This document shows, piece by piece, positions 29,272 to 40,113 of a stretch of 64,000 nt of DNA. How positions within the stretch are numbered: position 1 is the stretch's first letter; each line of letters starts with the position of its first letter. The position numbers and the translations under genes are program-made. The DNA comes from Calditrichia bacterium (GTDB taxonomy: Bacteria; Calditrichota; Calditrichia; JAJRVZ01), in the NCBI GenBank assembly GCA_963777955.1, contig CAVZSQ010000019.1, positions 1-64,000 of the forward strand, given 5' to 3'. The notes below the pieces were generated by a model. The model worked only from the letters and a program-made list of their open reading frames with translations, was not told the origin of the DNA and made no database searches.

Positions 29272-29365
29272 AATTCCTTGTACTTGCGGTTTAACAACAG
29301 GTCAGATATAGAATAAATAAAATTCTTCCTGAAGACAAGAAGAATTAATCATTACTTCTATCTTT

Positions 29366-30073
29366 TTAATTCTCATTCAAATATAAATAAATTTTCTTCA
29401 AATCTTCCCAGGTTTGCTTTTTCAACGACGGATTGCGCAGCAGGGCTGCCGGGTGATAGGTTACAATCAACGGTACATTATTATAACTGTGTATTTTCTC
29501 CCGCATCGATCCCAGGGCGGCATTTGTCTTGAGCAAGGAGGCGCAGGCAAACCGTCCCAGGGCTACGATTAGTTTGGGCGCAATCAGTTCGATCTGTTTG
29601 AGCAGATATGGTTCGCATTTCTCGATTTCCGCGGGCAGGGGATCCCGGTTATTGGGTGGACGACATTTCAGAACATTGGCAATATAGACATCCTCTCGTT
29701 TCATCCCGATAGCCTGGATCATCATTGTTAATAATTGACCGGCGCGGCCGACAAAGGGAATTCCCTGAATATCTTCATCACGTCCCGGCGCTTCACCGAT
29801 AAACATTAACTCGGCCCCGGGATTCCCCACTCCAAATACAAAATGGGTCCGGGTTTTACCCAGGGAACACAGCTGACAATCCCTGATCTCCCGATGGAAG
29901 GCCAGTAAAGGCAGCAGCTGCTCCTGACCAGCAATACTAACCTCATTCGAGACTTCCAGCGCAGACAAACTGGGAGTCCGGTATTCGACCGCCATCTCCA
30001 GCGGGCGGATTTTCCCGTATAATTTCTTCTGCATTTCAAAAAAATTAATAATTTCGTCAATCAGCTCAGCCAT
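29366..30073 (-). CDS. Uracil-DNA glycosylase, family 4 (Fe-S)
   Basis: CQLCSL, GEAPG..ED..PFVGRAG, KCRPPNNR, TYHPAALLR. Confidence 0.95.
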   Translation of the reverse strand: MAELIDEIINFFEMQKKLYGKIRPLEMAVEYRTPSLSALEVSNEVSIAGQEQLLPLLAFHREIRDCQLCSLGKTRTHFVFGVGNPGAELMFIGEAPGRDEDIQGIPFVGRAGQLLTMMIQAIGMKREDVYIANVLKCRPPNNRDPLPAEIEKCEPYLLKQIELIAPKLIVALGRFACASLLKTNAALGSMREKIHSYNNVPLIVTYHPAALLRNPSLKKQTWEDLKKIYLYLNEN

Positions 30074-30132
30074 AAAATGTCCGTTTTAGTTAAACGGAAG
30101 ATACGCCCCAGGAGATTAATTTGCAATATTTG

Positions 30133-30177
30133 CCACCTCCGAGGTGGGTATCACCTCGGAGGTCCACCTCAAGGTGG
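30133..30177. repeat. Three tandem mini-palindromes CACCTC(C/G)GAGGTG
   Basis: CCACCTCCGAGGTGG, CACCTCGGAGGT, CCACCTCAAGGTGG in a divergent intergenic region. Confidence 0.7.
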
Positions 30178-30257
30178 ATATTTTAAACAATTCTGCTTAT
30201 TTTTCGTTATACTAAGATATATTTTATCTGGTAAAATAATTCAACAGCGAGAAACCC

Positions 30258-32768
30258 ATGCGAGTTAAAACTGCAATCAGATTTATTCTACTGCTGAACT
30301 GCTTCTTCCTCTGCCATCCTGCTGCCCTGCCTGCTCAGCCTGCTGAACCGCTGAATGGTGCTGAGTTGCAACTGGCTCTGCAAAAATTGAATGTGCTGGG
30401 CAGTGTATTATATGTTGCCGCCCATCCTGATGATGAGAACACTGCGCTGCTGGCTTATCTGTCCAAGGGTAAAAAGTTACGCACCGGTTATCTGGCCATC
30501 ACCCGCGGCAGCGGCGGCCAAAATCTTATCGGCAGCGAAAAAGACAATCCGCTCAGCATTTTACGCACCCAGGAATTACTGGCTGCCCGCAAAATCGATG
30601 GGGCTGAACAGTTTTTTACCCGGGCCGTCGATTTTGGTTATTCCAAGTCCGCCAATGAATCCCTGTTGAAATGGGATGAACAAAAAATCCTGGCCGATAT
30701 GGTCTGGATAATCCGTTCTATTAGACCGGATGTGATCATAAACCGCTTTACACCCGACCGGGGGGGACACGGTCATCACACCGCATCGGCCATCCTGACG
30801 CAGAAAGCCTTCGTTGCTGCTGCCGATCCCGAGCAATTTCCGGAACAGTTATCGCTCGTGCAGCCCTGGCAGGCTAAACGCCTGGTCTGGAATGGCTGGA
30901 TGCAGGAACAGGCGGACACGGACTCCAGTGGTAATTCTATCGTCAAAATCGACATGGGTGAATACAATCCGCTGCTGGGTAAATCCTACATGGAGATTGC
31001 GGCCATGGCCCGCAGCATGCATAAGAGCCAGGGCTTTGGTTCGGCGGCAATGCATGGCAGTTTTCTGAACTACTTCCTGCATATGGCCGGGGTACCGGCG
31101 CAAAATGATCTATTTGACGGTATAGACCTGAGTTGGAATCGCGTACCAGCCGGAGAAAAAATTGGCCAACTGCTGACCGGCCTGGAACAGAAATTCAACC
31201 CGGCCCGCCCGGACCAGATCCTGCCCGAATTGCTCGCTGCCTATGAATTGATGAAAAAACACCAGGATAATTTTTATGTACGGACCAAGATTAAAGAATT
31301 AGAGCGGATCATCCAATCCTGCAGCGGTTTATGGCTGGAAGTCACGTCAACCGATTATTCAATTACCGCCGGTGATACCCTCTTTTATAACTGTACCGTG
31401 ATTAACCGTTCACCTTTTCCGGTTACTTTCGAAGAGATAGCAGTACCATTGGCCAACCAGGATTCTACAGTCAATATCAGTTTAAAAAATAACCAGCCCT
31501 GTACTGTTAAATTGAATTTTATTCTGCCCCGCTCTGCTCCGGTTTCTTATCCTTACTGGTTGACAGGTTATCGGGGGGAGGACATCTATCCTGCCGGTGA
31601 TCAGAGTCTGACTGGACTCCCGGTTCAACCCGGTCCTTTACATGCACGTATAAATTTATCATTCAACCATATCCCCATCACTTACGATGTACCGCTATAT
31701 TACCGCTGGGCTGACCGGGTCAAAGGTGAACTCTACCGGCAGGTGAGTATCGCCCCGCCGGTGACCGCCAATCTGGAACAACCCGTTCTGATTTTTCCCA
31801 ACGGTATGTCAAAAAAAATAATGCTGCGCCTGAAGAGTTGGAAGAAAAATGCTGCGGGCTATATAAAACTAAAACTCCCGGCGACCTGGAGCAGTGAGCC
31901 TGAAAGTACCTTCTATAATTTTTCTGCTAAATTGGAAGAAAAAGAAGTGTCCTTTATTATTCGCCCGGGACCGGGACCCGCCGATACTTCCGCAACCATG
32001 CGGGTGCAGTTGTGGAACGATGGCCGCATGAGTTCCTATGCCTGCGGCACCATTGAATACGATCATTTCCCTCATCAACTCTTTTTTCCGGCAGCCGAAG
32101 TGCACCTGACCAGTTTTCCAATTAAGACCGGCAAGGAAAATATCGGGTATATCATGGGCAGCGGAGATGAGATCCCCGGTTGTTTAGAACAACTTGGCTA
32201 CAATATCAAATTACTTTCCGATGACGATCTGCAGCAGGGAAGTTTAGCCCCTTATGATGTGGTGATAACCGGTACCCGCGCTTATAACACCCGCACTATT
32301 CTACAGAACATCAACAGCAGGTTATTTGATTATGTCCGGCAGGGTGGAACGCTGATCACCCTGCACAACACCCGTTTTGGAATAAGGGCGGATCATATCG
32401 CTCCTTACCCGCTAAAAATTTCCGATGCGCGGGTCAGCGTGGAGGACGCGCCGGTAATGTTCCTGCGACCAGATCATGCGCTGCTTAACCGGCCTAATAA
32501 AATCGCCGGCACAGATTTCGATCACTGGGTGCAGGAACGCGGCCTGTACTTTGCCGATGAATGGGATGAACATTATATACCGATCCTGGCCAGCAATGAT
32601 CCAGGTGAAAAATCGCAGCCTGGGGGCTTGTTATATACGTCTTACGGCAAAGGCCATTATATTTACTCGGGTTATGCCTGGTTCCGGCAGTTACCGGCCG
32701 GTGTTCCGGGGGCTTACCGTCTATTTGTCAATCTGATCTCGATCGGGGAAAATGAACACATACAATAG
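30258..32768 (+). CDS. Secreted PIG-L/LmbE-family deacetylase with C-terminal GATase-like domain
   Basis: AAHPDDEN, RTQELLAAR, GHGHH, RSMHKSQGFG, WVQERGLYF. Confidence 0.92.
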   Translation: MRVKTAIRFILLLNCFFLCHPAALPAQPAEPLNGAELQLALQKLNVLGSVLYVAAHPDDENTALLAYLSKGKKLRTGYLAITRGSGGQNLIGSEKDNPLSILRTQELLAARKIDGAEQFFTRAVDFGYSKSANESLLKWDEQKILADMVWIIRSIRPDVIINRFTPDRGGHGHHTASAILTQKAFVAAADPEQFPEQLSLVQPWQAKRLVWNGWMQEQADTDSSGNSIVKIDMGEYNPLLGKSYMEIAAMARSMHKSQGFGSAAMHGSFLNYFLHMAGVPAQNDLFDGIDLSWNRVPAGEKIGQLLTGLEQKFNPARPDQILPELLAAYELMKKHQDNFYVRTKIKELERIIQSCSGLWLEVTSTDYSITAGDTLFYNCTVINRSPFPVTFEEIAVPLANQDSTVNISLKNNQPCTVKLNFILPRSAPVSYPYWLTGYRGEDIYPAGDQSLTGLPVQPGPLHARINLSFNHIPITYDVPLYYRWADRVKGELYRQVSIAPPVTANLEQPVLIFPNGMSKKIMLRLKSWKKNAAGYIKLKLPATWSSEPESTFYNFSAKLEEKEVSFIIRPGPGPADTSATMRVQLWNDGRMSSYACGTIEYDHFPHQLFFPAAEVHLTSFPIKTGKENIGYIMGSGDEIPGCLEQLGYNIKLLSDDDLQQGSLAPYDVVITGTRAYNTRTILQNINSRLFDYVRQGGTLITLHNTRFGIRADHIAPYPLKISDARVSVEDAPVMFLRPDHALLNRPNKIAGTDFDHWVQERGLYFADEWDEHYIPILASNDPGEKSQPGGLLYTSYGKGHYIYSGYAWFRQLPAGVPGAYRLFVNLISIGENEHIQ

Positions 32769-32889
32769 TAATTCTTTCGACCAGGACATACCGCTGACGA
32801 AATCCTGGCGGGCCTGGTACCTACTGGTGCTGACAAACCATCTGGTATTAATTTTGCTGTTTTACCTGTTCATGAAATATTTCAGTTAA
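32752..32889 (+). CDS. Small single-TM protein preceding the SSS transporter (45 aa)
   Basis: Own translation MNTYNSNSFDQDIPLTKSWRAWYLLVLTNHLVLILLFYLFMKYFS. Confidence 0.7.
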   Translation: MNTYNSNSFDQDIPLTKSWRAWYLLVLTNHLVLILLFYLFMKYFS

Positions 32890-32906
32890 AGGTATAACCA
32901 GGTAAT

Positions 32907-34610
32907 ATGCATCAACTGGATTGGATCATACTGGCTGCGGTATTGCTGTTCATCGTCGGTCACGGGCTGTGGCGGGGTCGCAGTAATAAAAATATTCAGG
33001 ATTACCTTGTCGCCGGCCGTAGTTTAAAATGGTATACCATAGCTTTCTCGATCATGGCTACCCAGGCCAGTGCCATCACCTTCTTATCCGGACCGGGCCA
33101 GAGCTATGCCGATGGCATGCGTTTTATACAGTTCTATTTCGGATTGCCTATTGCCATGGTCATCCTGTCGATCGTCGCTGTTCCGGTCTATCACCGACTT
33201 AAAATACTGACCGCTTACGAGTATATCGAAAACCGTTTTGATTATAAGTTGCGGGCTTTGACCAGTTTTCTGTTTTTAATTCAACGCGGCCTGGCCGCCG
33301 GTTTGACCATCCTGGCACCGGCAATAATTCTGTCGGCCATACTGGGCTGGAATATTATCTGGACCAATATTATTGTCGGCAGCCTGGTAATTCTCTATAC
33401 GGCCTATGGCGGTACCCGGGCGGTCAACACCACGCATACTTTTCAGTTGTTAATTGTCTTTCTGGGCATGTTTGCAGCGTTTTTTATCGCCTGGCATCTG
33501 CTGCCGGCGGGAATCAGCCTGCTGGATGCGACACGTCTGGCCGGAAAGATGAACCGGCTGAACATCCTGGATTTTAATTTTGATTTAAATAACCGCTACA
33601 CCTTCTGGTCGGGAATTATCGGCGGTTGTTTTCTGCATCTTTCCTACTTTGGCACCGATCAGTCACAGGTCCAGCGCTATCTGACCGGAAAATCTGAAGC
33701 ACACAGTAAACTCGGCTTATTATTTAATGGTCTGGTTAAAGTTCCGATGCAATTTTTTATTTTATTCTGCGGGATTGTCGTATTTGCTTTTTATCAATTC
33801 AATACCTCTCCCCTGTTTTTTAATACCGTTGAAACAGACCGGATCAGGCAAACTGTACAGGCTGTCGATTACCAGCAGATTGAATCGCAGTACGTTCAAC
33901 TGGCCGCTGAAAAAGCAAAACATGCTCAGGAACTGGTTCAGGTCATGCGTAAAGATGATCAAGCTGTTATAGCAGAAGCTCAACGGCTGGTCCTCGCTGA
34001 TCAGCAAAAAATGCAGGACCTTAAACAGCAAGCCGTAGGGATACTTCAGACTAATAATCCCCGTCTGGATCCCAGCGATACAAATTATATTTTCCTATAT
34101 TTTGTGGTGAATGTATTACCGGCAGGAGTTATTGGTCTGGTGATTGCCTGCATCCTGGCTGCATCAATGTCTTCAACTGCTTCTGAATTAAATGCCCTGG
34201 CTTCCACCACTATTGTCGATATTTATAAACGCATTTCCGGAAATAAGGAAAATGCCAGGCATGATATCCGGATTTCGCGGCTGGCGACTATTGGCTGGGG
34301 TATCTACGCTATTTTTACATCTATCTTTGCCAGCAGACTTGGCTCTTTGATTGAAGCTGTGAATATCCTGGGTTCGCTGTTCTACGGAACGATACTGGGG
34401 ATTTTTTTATCAGCTTTTTATTTAAAAAGGGTTACAGCATCAGCGGTCTTTATCAGCGCCATAATGGCCGAGGTTGCAGTAACTGCCTGTTTCCTTTTTT
34501 CGGGGATCTCTTTTTTGTGGTACAATGTGATCGGTTGCCTGCTGGTACTACTGCTCTCGCCTGTCGTTACGTTTTTTATCGGAAGATATGGAATTCTGAA
34601 CAGTAAATGA
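32907..34610 (+). CDS. Sodium:solute symporter
   Basis: SIMATQASAITFLSGPG, YFGTDQSQVQRYL, AASMSSTASELNAL. Confidence 0.95.
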   Translation: MHQLDWIILAAVLLFIVGHGLWRGRSNKNIQDYLVAGRSLKWYTIAFSIMATQASAITFLSGPGQSYADGMRFIQFYFGLPIAMVILSIVAVPVYHRLKILTAYEYIENRFDYKLRALTSFLFLIQRGLAAGLTILAPAIILSAILGWNIIWTNIIVGSLVILYTAYGGTRAVNTTHTFQLLIVFLGMFAAFFIAWHLLPAGISLLDATRLAGKMNRLNILDFNFDLNNRYTFWSGIIGGCFLHLSYFGTDQSQVQRYLTGKSEAHSKLGLLFNGLVKVPMQFFILFCGIVVFAFYQFNTSPLFFNTVETDRIRQTVQAVDYQQIESQYVQLAAEKAKHAQELVQVMRKDDQAVIAEAQRLVLADQQKMQDLKQQAVGILQTNNPRLDPSDTNYIFLYFVVNVLPAGVIGLVIACILAASMSSTASELNALASTTIVDIYKRISGNKENARHDIRISRLATIGWGIYAIFTSIFASRLGSLIEAVNILGSLFYGTILGIFLSAFYLKRVTASAVFISAIMAEVAVTACFLFSGISFLWYNVIGCLLVLLLSPVVTFFIGRYGILNSK

Positions 34611-34648
34611 TCAGTAAAACAACAGAATACTTTTTTTATTGACTGTGT

Positions 34649-35248
34649 TTATTTCAAAGCTGCTTCAATAGCAGTAATCATTTGCTCATCTTCCGGTTTT
34701 ATCTTGGAACCGAAACGGGCGATTATCTTGCCGCTTTTATCGACTAAAAATTTGTTGAAATTCCAGGAAATCTCACCGGCAAATTCCGGATCGGTTGCTT
34801 CCTCGGTCAAAAACCTGTAGAGCGGGTGCTTGTCCTTGCCCTTAACCGAGATCTTGGCGAACATGGGAAAAGTGACATTATAAGTAGTGCTGCAGAAATT
34901 CTTTATCTCCTCATCAGTGCCGGGTTCCTGGGACAGGAAGTTATTGGCCGGAAATCCCAGTACATAAAAACCCTGATCCTTGTATTTCAGATATAATTTC
35001 TGCAGTCCGGCATACTGGGGTGTGAAACCGCATTTGCTGGCCACATTGACGAGCAGCAGTACTTTTCCGCGGTATTGCTCCATTTTTACTTCCTGGCTGT
35101 CAATATCTTTCAGAACAAAATCATAGATCGACTTTTCGCTTAATGGTTGTTGACGGGTCATATTTGATCCCTTAAAACTTGTTTGGATGATAAACAGACT
35201 GATCAGAAAAATCATGATCAGTATAGTTAAGACATTTTTTTTATTCAT
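34649..35248 (-). CDS. Glutathione peroxidase (Cys type) with N-terminal signal/anchor
   Basis: NVASKCGFTPQY, GFPANNF..QEPG, WNFNKFLV. Confidence 0.95.
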   Translation of the reverse strand: MNKKNVLTILIMIFLISLFIIQTSFKGSNMTRQQPLSEKSIYDFVLKDIDSQEVKMEQYRGKVLLLVNVASKCGFTPQYAGLQKLYLKYKDQGFYVLGFPANNFLSQEPGTDEEIKNFCSTTYNVTFPMFAKISVKGKDKHPLYRFLTEEATDPEFAGEISWNFNKFLVDKSGKIIARFGSKIKPEDEQMITAIEAALK

Positions 35249-35463
35249 CCCTTATTCTCCCGGAAGATTCATACGAACAATATAATTAGATTTTGACTTC
35301 CAAAATATTTCTGAATAATAAAACATACATTTTAAGAAAGTAATTACAATTAATTTTGACCGGACTCGCAATGAAAATTATCGCCTGTCAGGGCAGGCTG
35401 ATGAAGAAACAATCTACTTGTATTGAACTGAATTACTAATTATCAATTACTAATTACCAATTT

Positions 35464-35655
35464 CTAATTCTGCTGTTGCGTTTTCTTTAAATCAATGATT
35501 AATCTTACCATTCCCGCACCGCAGCCAAAGCCGCCGAAAAATAAGAACAGAATATCCACCAGCCGGACTCGGCCGGTCATTTGTACTACACCCATCACGG
35601 TAGCCAATATACCCATTAATGTTGCAAAAATCCCTAACCACTTTTTTTTATTCAT
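35464..35655 (-). CDS. Small two-TM hypothetical protein
   Basis: MNKKKWLGIFATLMG...LFFGGFGCGAGMV; AGAGGTG ribosome-binding site; directly after aceE. Confidence 0.6.
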   Translation of the reverse strand: MNKKKWLGIFATLMGILATVMGVVQMTGRVRLVDILFLFFGGFGCGAGMVRLIIDLKKTQQQN

Positions 35656-35674
35656 TTTATCACACCTCTTGTCA

Positions 35675-38372
35675 TTAAGCCAGCAGCGGATCAACTTTCT
35701 CCGGATCAACACCCAGTTCTTTGATTGCTTTAGTGACCTGATTTGATTTTATTAATCCTTTACAGGATAATTGATACAAGGCGGCAATCACGATACATTC
35801 CGCATCGATTTCGAAGAAACGCCGCATCGCTTCACGGGTATCGCTGCGGCCAAATCCGTCGGTGCCCAGACTGAACAGTCCTCCCGGAACCCAGCGGGCG
35901 ATCTGATCGGGCACCAGTTTCATATTATCGGATACGGCCACGAAAACACCCTCCTCTTTTTCCAGCAGATCGGTGACATATGGTTTACGCGGGTTTTGCT
36001 CCGGATGAAGTAAATTCCAGCGCTCAGCCGCCAGGGCTTCGCGGCGCAGTTCCTTGTAACTGGTGGCACTCCACACGTCCGTCTGGATTTTATATTTACT
36101 CTCCAGAATTTCCTGAGCGCGCAGCACCTGCCTTAAAATAGCGCCGCTGCCAAACAGACTGCGCCCTGATCCCGTTTTTGCTTTCCAGTTTTCCGCTGCT
36201 AAATTTGTACAGACCTTTGAGAATACCCTCGCGGCTGCCTTTAGGCATGGCGGCCTGGGGATAGTTCTCATTACCGATGCTGATGTAATAAAAGACAGCT
36301 TCACGGTCCTTGTACATTCGCCTGATGCCTTCCTGCAGAATAACAGCGATCTCATAGGCAAAAGCCGGATCATAAGTGACCAGATTTGGAATCGTGGCGG
36401 CCAAAATATGACTGTGTCCATCGGCATGCTGCAATCCTTCACCCATCAGGGTGGTCCGGCCATGGGTAGCCCCGACCAGGAAACCGCGGCCGCGCAGATC
36501 ACCGAAGGCCCAGATCAGGTCGCCAATGCGCTGAAATCCAAACATGGAATAGTAGATAAAAAACGGAATCATATCGATGCCGTGCGTGGCATAGGCTGTA
36601 CCGGCGGCGGTGAAAGAAGCCATCGATCCGGCCTCGGTAATACCCTCTTCCAGGATCTGTCCGTCACGTGCTTCCCGGTAATACAGGAAAATATCTTTGT
36701 CTACCGGATCATATAACTGGCCGGGGTGAGAGTAAATACCAAACTGGCGGAACATCGATTCCATGCCGAAGGTGCGTGCTTCATCCGGGACAATCGGGAC
36801 TATTTTTTTACCGATGATCGCATCTTTCATCAGAATGGTCAGCATGCGCACAAAGGCCATGGTGGTCGAAACTTCCCGGTCGCTGCCGGCCATAAATTCA
36901 TCGAACACATTTAATCCCGGCACGGTTATCGGCAAAGTGACATAGGTACGGTGCGGCACAAATCCCTGCAACCGCCGGCGCATTTCCAGCAGATACTGCA
37001 TCTCTTCGCTCTTATCCGGCGGCCGGTAGAACGGCGCCTTCTCCAGTTTATCATCGGCGACCGGTATATCGAAACGATCGCGAAAGTCCCGCAATTCTTC
37101 CTCATTCAGTTTTTTAACCTGGTGGGTCACATTTTTCCCTTCGCCGGCTTCACCCAGACCGTAGCCCTTGATAGTCCGGGCCAGGATCACTGTGGGAGCA
37201 TTTTTACTTTCAGTAGCCAGTTTATAAGCAGCGAATACTTTTTCCGGATCATGTCCGCCTAGACGTAATTTCCAGATTTGTTCATCGGACAGATTTTCGA
37301 CTAGTTTCAATAGTTGCGGATATTTGCCAAAGAAGGACTGGCGTACATATGCACCCGGTTCAACAATATATTTTTGTGATTCTCCGTCCACGTATTCATT
37401 CATGCGCTGGACCAGCAGACCGGTATGATCGTTGGCCAGCAAGGGATCCCAGTCACCGCCCCACAGAACTTTGATCACATTCCAGCCGGCCCCGCGGAAA
37501 ATTCTTTCCAGTTCCTGGACAATCTTGCCGTTGCCGCGCACCGGTCCATCCAGGCGCTGCAGGTTACAGTTGATCACGAAGATCAGGTTATTTAATTGTT
37601 CGCGGGCCGCCAGGCTGATGGCGCCGAGTGATTCCGGTTCATCGGTCTCACCATCACCCAGGAAGGCCCAGACCCTCTGATTTTCGGTATTTTTTATACC
37701 GCGATCCTGCAGGTAGCGGTTAAAACGGGCCTGATAAATTGCCGTGATCGGACCGAGTCCCATCGAAACCGTGGGAAATTCCCAGAAGTCGGGCATTAAC
37801 CAGGGGTGGGGATATGAAGAAAGTCCGCCCCCTTTTTCCAGTTCACGGCGGAAATTTTCCAGTTGGGTTACCGACAGGCGGCCTTCCAGAAAAGCCCGGG
37901 CATAAATTCCCGGCGAGGCATGGCCCTGGAAATAGATCTGGTCGCCGTCAAATCCCTCCCCTTTGCCGCGGAAAAAATGATTGAAACCGATTTCGTACAT
38001 GGTAGCCGCCGAGGCATACGTCGAAATATGACCCCCGATGCCGGAAAATTTCTTGTTTGCCCGCACGACCATGGCCAGTGCATTCCAGCGGATGATGCTT
38101 TTAATCCGCCGTTCAATTCTACGGTCGCCGGGAAAAGGGGGTTGTTTTTCCAGGGGAATGGTATTGATGTACGGGGTATTGGCGGTAAAAGGCAGACGGA
38201 TACCGCTTTGAAAACTCTTCTGGATCAGGCGATCCAGAATAAAGCGGGCCCGTTCGGCGCCGCGGTGCTGGATCACACCATCCAGTGCTTCCAGCCATTC
38301 CGCCGTTTCTTCCGTATCGAAGTCGCGGTTGATTCCGTATGATTCTTTTTGTTCCGCTGTCTCTTCAGGCAT
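35675..38372 (-). CDS. aceE: Pyruvate dehydrogenase E1, homodimeric type; frameshift near 36160
   Basis: GGHISTYAS, YFQGHASPG, PTVSMGLGP, GDGETDEPE, YYSMFGFQR, GEGLQHADGHS, LGTDGFGRSDTR. Confidence 0.96.
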
Positions 38373-38517
38373 TAAGTCTTTTCCTTCTTATAAATTAAAT
38401 ACTGTTATTTTTTTTCTGCTTACAGGAATCAACATTAACGAAACTATAATCCTCTCTATCTACCATATAGATAAAGATTTTTCAGGTAATAAAATTCCTG
38501 AAAAAGTAGTACCAGAA

Positions 38518-38964
38518 TTATTGCATTACCTTCTTTATGGAATCGACGATTGCGGCAATATTTTGATGATGGTCCGGAACGATAATAATCGAATCATCAC
38601 CGGCGACTGTACCGATCATATGCTCGTTTTTCATACGATCCAGGTAGAGGGCCACTCCCTGGGCCCGGCCGGGCAGGGTCCGTACCACAATCAAGGATTC
38701 ATTTTGGATTACCCGGATAATCTCCTTGCTGACGAACTGTTTAATGGCCGGTTCACTGTCATCCAGATGAAAAACGTATTTGAAACCGCTTTCGGTCTGA
38801 ATGCGTACGATGCCCATTTCATTCAAATCACGGGATAGGGTGGCCTGGGTGGTTTCAAAGCCATTTTCCTTTAACAGGTCGCGCAATTCATCCTGACTGG
38901 CGACATCGCGGCTGGTGATGATTTCTTTAATTCTGATCTGGCGGCTGATTTTATGTACTCCCAT
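38518..38964 (-). CDS. argR: Arginine repressor family regulator
   Basis: SQDEL..L...G..TTQATLSRDL; RTLPGRA; GTVAGDDS. Confidence 0.93.
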   Translation of the reverse strand: MGVHKISRQIRIKEIITSRDVASQDELRDLLKENGFETTQATLSRDLNEMGIVRIQTESGFKYVFHLDDSEPAIKQFVSKEIIRVIQNESLIVVRTLPGRAQGVALYLDRMKNEHMIGTVAGDDSIIIVPDHHQNIAAIVDSIKKVMQ

Positions 38965-39129
38965 AATACCTCTCCTATATAATTATAAAAATTAGTAAAT
39001 AAATATTCCTTATTCAATATATATGATCTTAATGGTATTTACTGTAAATTTGGGATCAATTTTATATAAATTGCAAATTGCAATTTGTAACTAATTGATT
39101 ATTATAAATATAACGAAATAGATTACCCG

Positions 39130-40045
39130 ATGAATCAGATTAAACAGCATCAACCGCCTACAAAATTACAGGCAGATTTAGTTTTACTGCTGGTCTGTGT
39201 ATTCTGGGGAACTACCTTTATCCTTTCAAAAATTTTATTGGTCGAGATTTCCCTGCTCTATTATCTGGCCTTACGCCTGGGCATTGCTGCAATCCTGATG
39301 TGGTTCATTGCTCTGCGCTACCGGCAGCAACTCGACCGACCTACAGTTATGGCCGGAGTAATATTAGGAATATTTCTTTTCCTTTCGTATCTGTTCCAGA
39401 TGTGGGGAATAAAGTATACATCGGCTTCGAATGCCGGTTTTATTACCGGCACCAGTGTAATCATGGTGCCGGTTTTTTCGGCCTTGTTATTCAAAGAGCG
39501 GCCGAAATTTATTACATTAATCGGCATCGCTCTGGCTACCTGTGGATTATATTTTCTTTCCGGTGGAAACTATGAGGCCTTGAATAAAGGTGATTGGTTG
39601 GTACTGGTTTGTGCATTAGCCGCGGCATTCCACATTATTTTTACCGGTCATTTTGCACCACGCCATAACATCTATCTGTTGATGGCAGTACAGTTAAGCA
39701 CTATCGCCGTCTTGAATCTGATCCTGTTCACTTTTAGTAATGAAAAAATCGTTCCGGTACGTCCTGGTGCAATGTTATTATTGATATATCTGGCTATTTT
39801 TGGCAGTATATTAACTTTTCTCTTACAGACATCCATGCAGCGCTTTACCACCGCCACCCGTACTGCGCTGATTTTTACCAGCTGAACCGGTTTTCGCCGC
39901 ACTGTTTGCTTTTCTGATTGCCGGAGAACAAATGACGCCTTCCGGCTGGTTCGGCGGCTTTTTAATTCTGCTGGCTATGATCGTATCGGAGGTCAACTGG
40001 TCGGAAATTTTTAATCGTAATCAAGACCGTTGCCGCATACCGTAA
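39130..40045 (+). CDS. DMT/EamA transporter; frameshift near 39880
   Basis: WGTTF, YTSASNAGFITG; continues as EPVFAALFAFLIAGE in a shifted frame to TAA at 40045. Confidence 0.9.
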
Positions 40046-40113
40046 TAGGCGTTATTCCAATTTAATGAAATAATTTAGTGGACGCCTGCCCAGGCAGGCG
40101 GCTACCACTACAT

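Noticed and set aside
34649..35248. Glutathione peroxidase as a selenoprotein, given selC nearby
   Set aside because: The active-site codon is TGC (Cys), not TGA.
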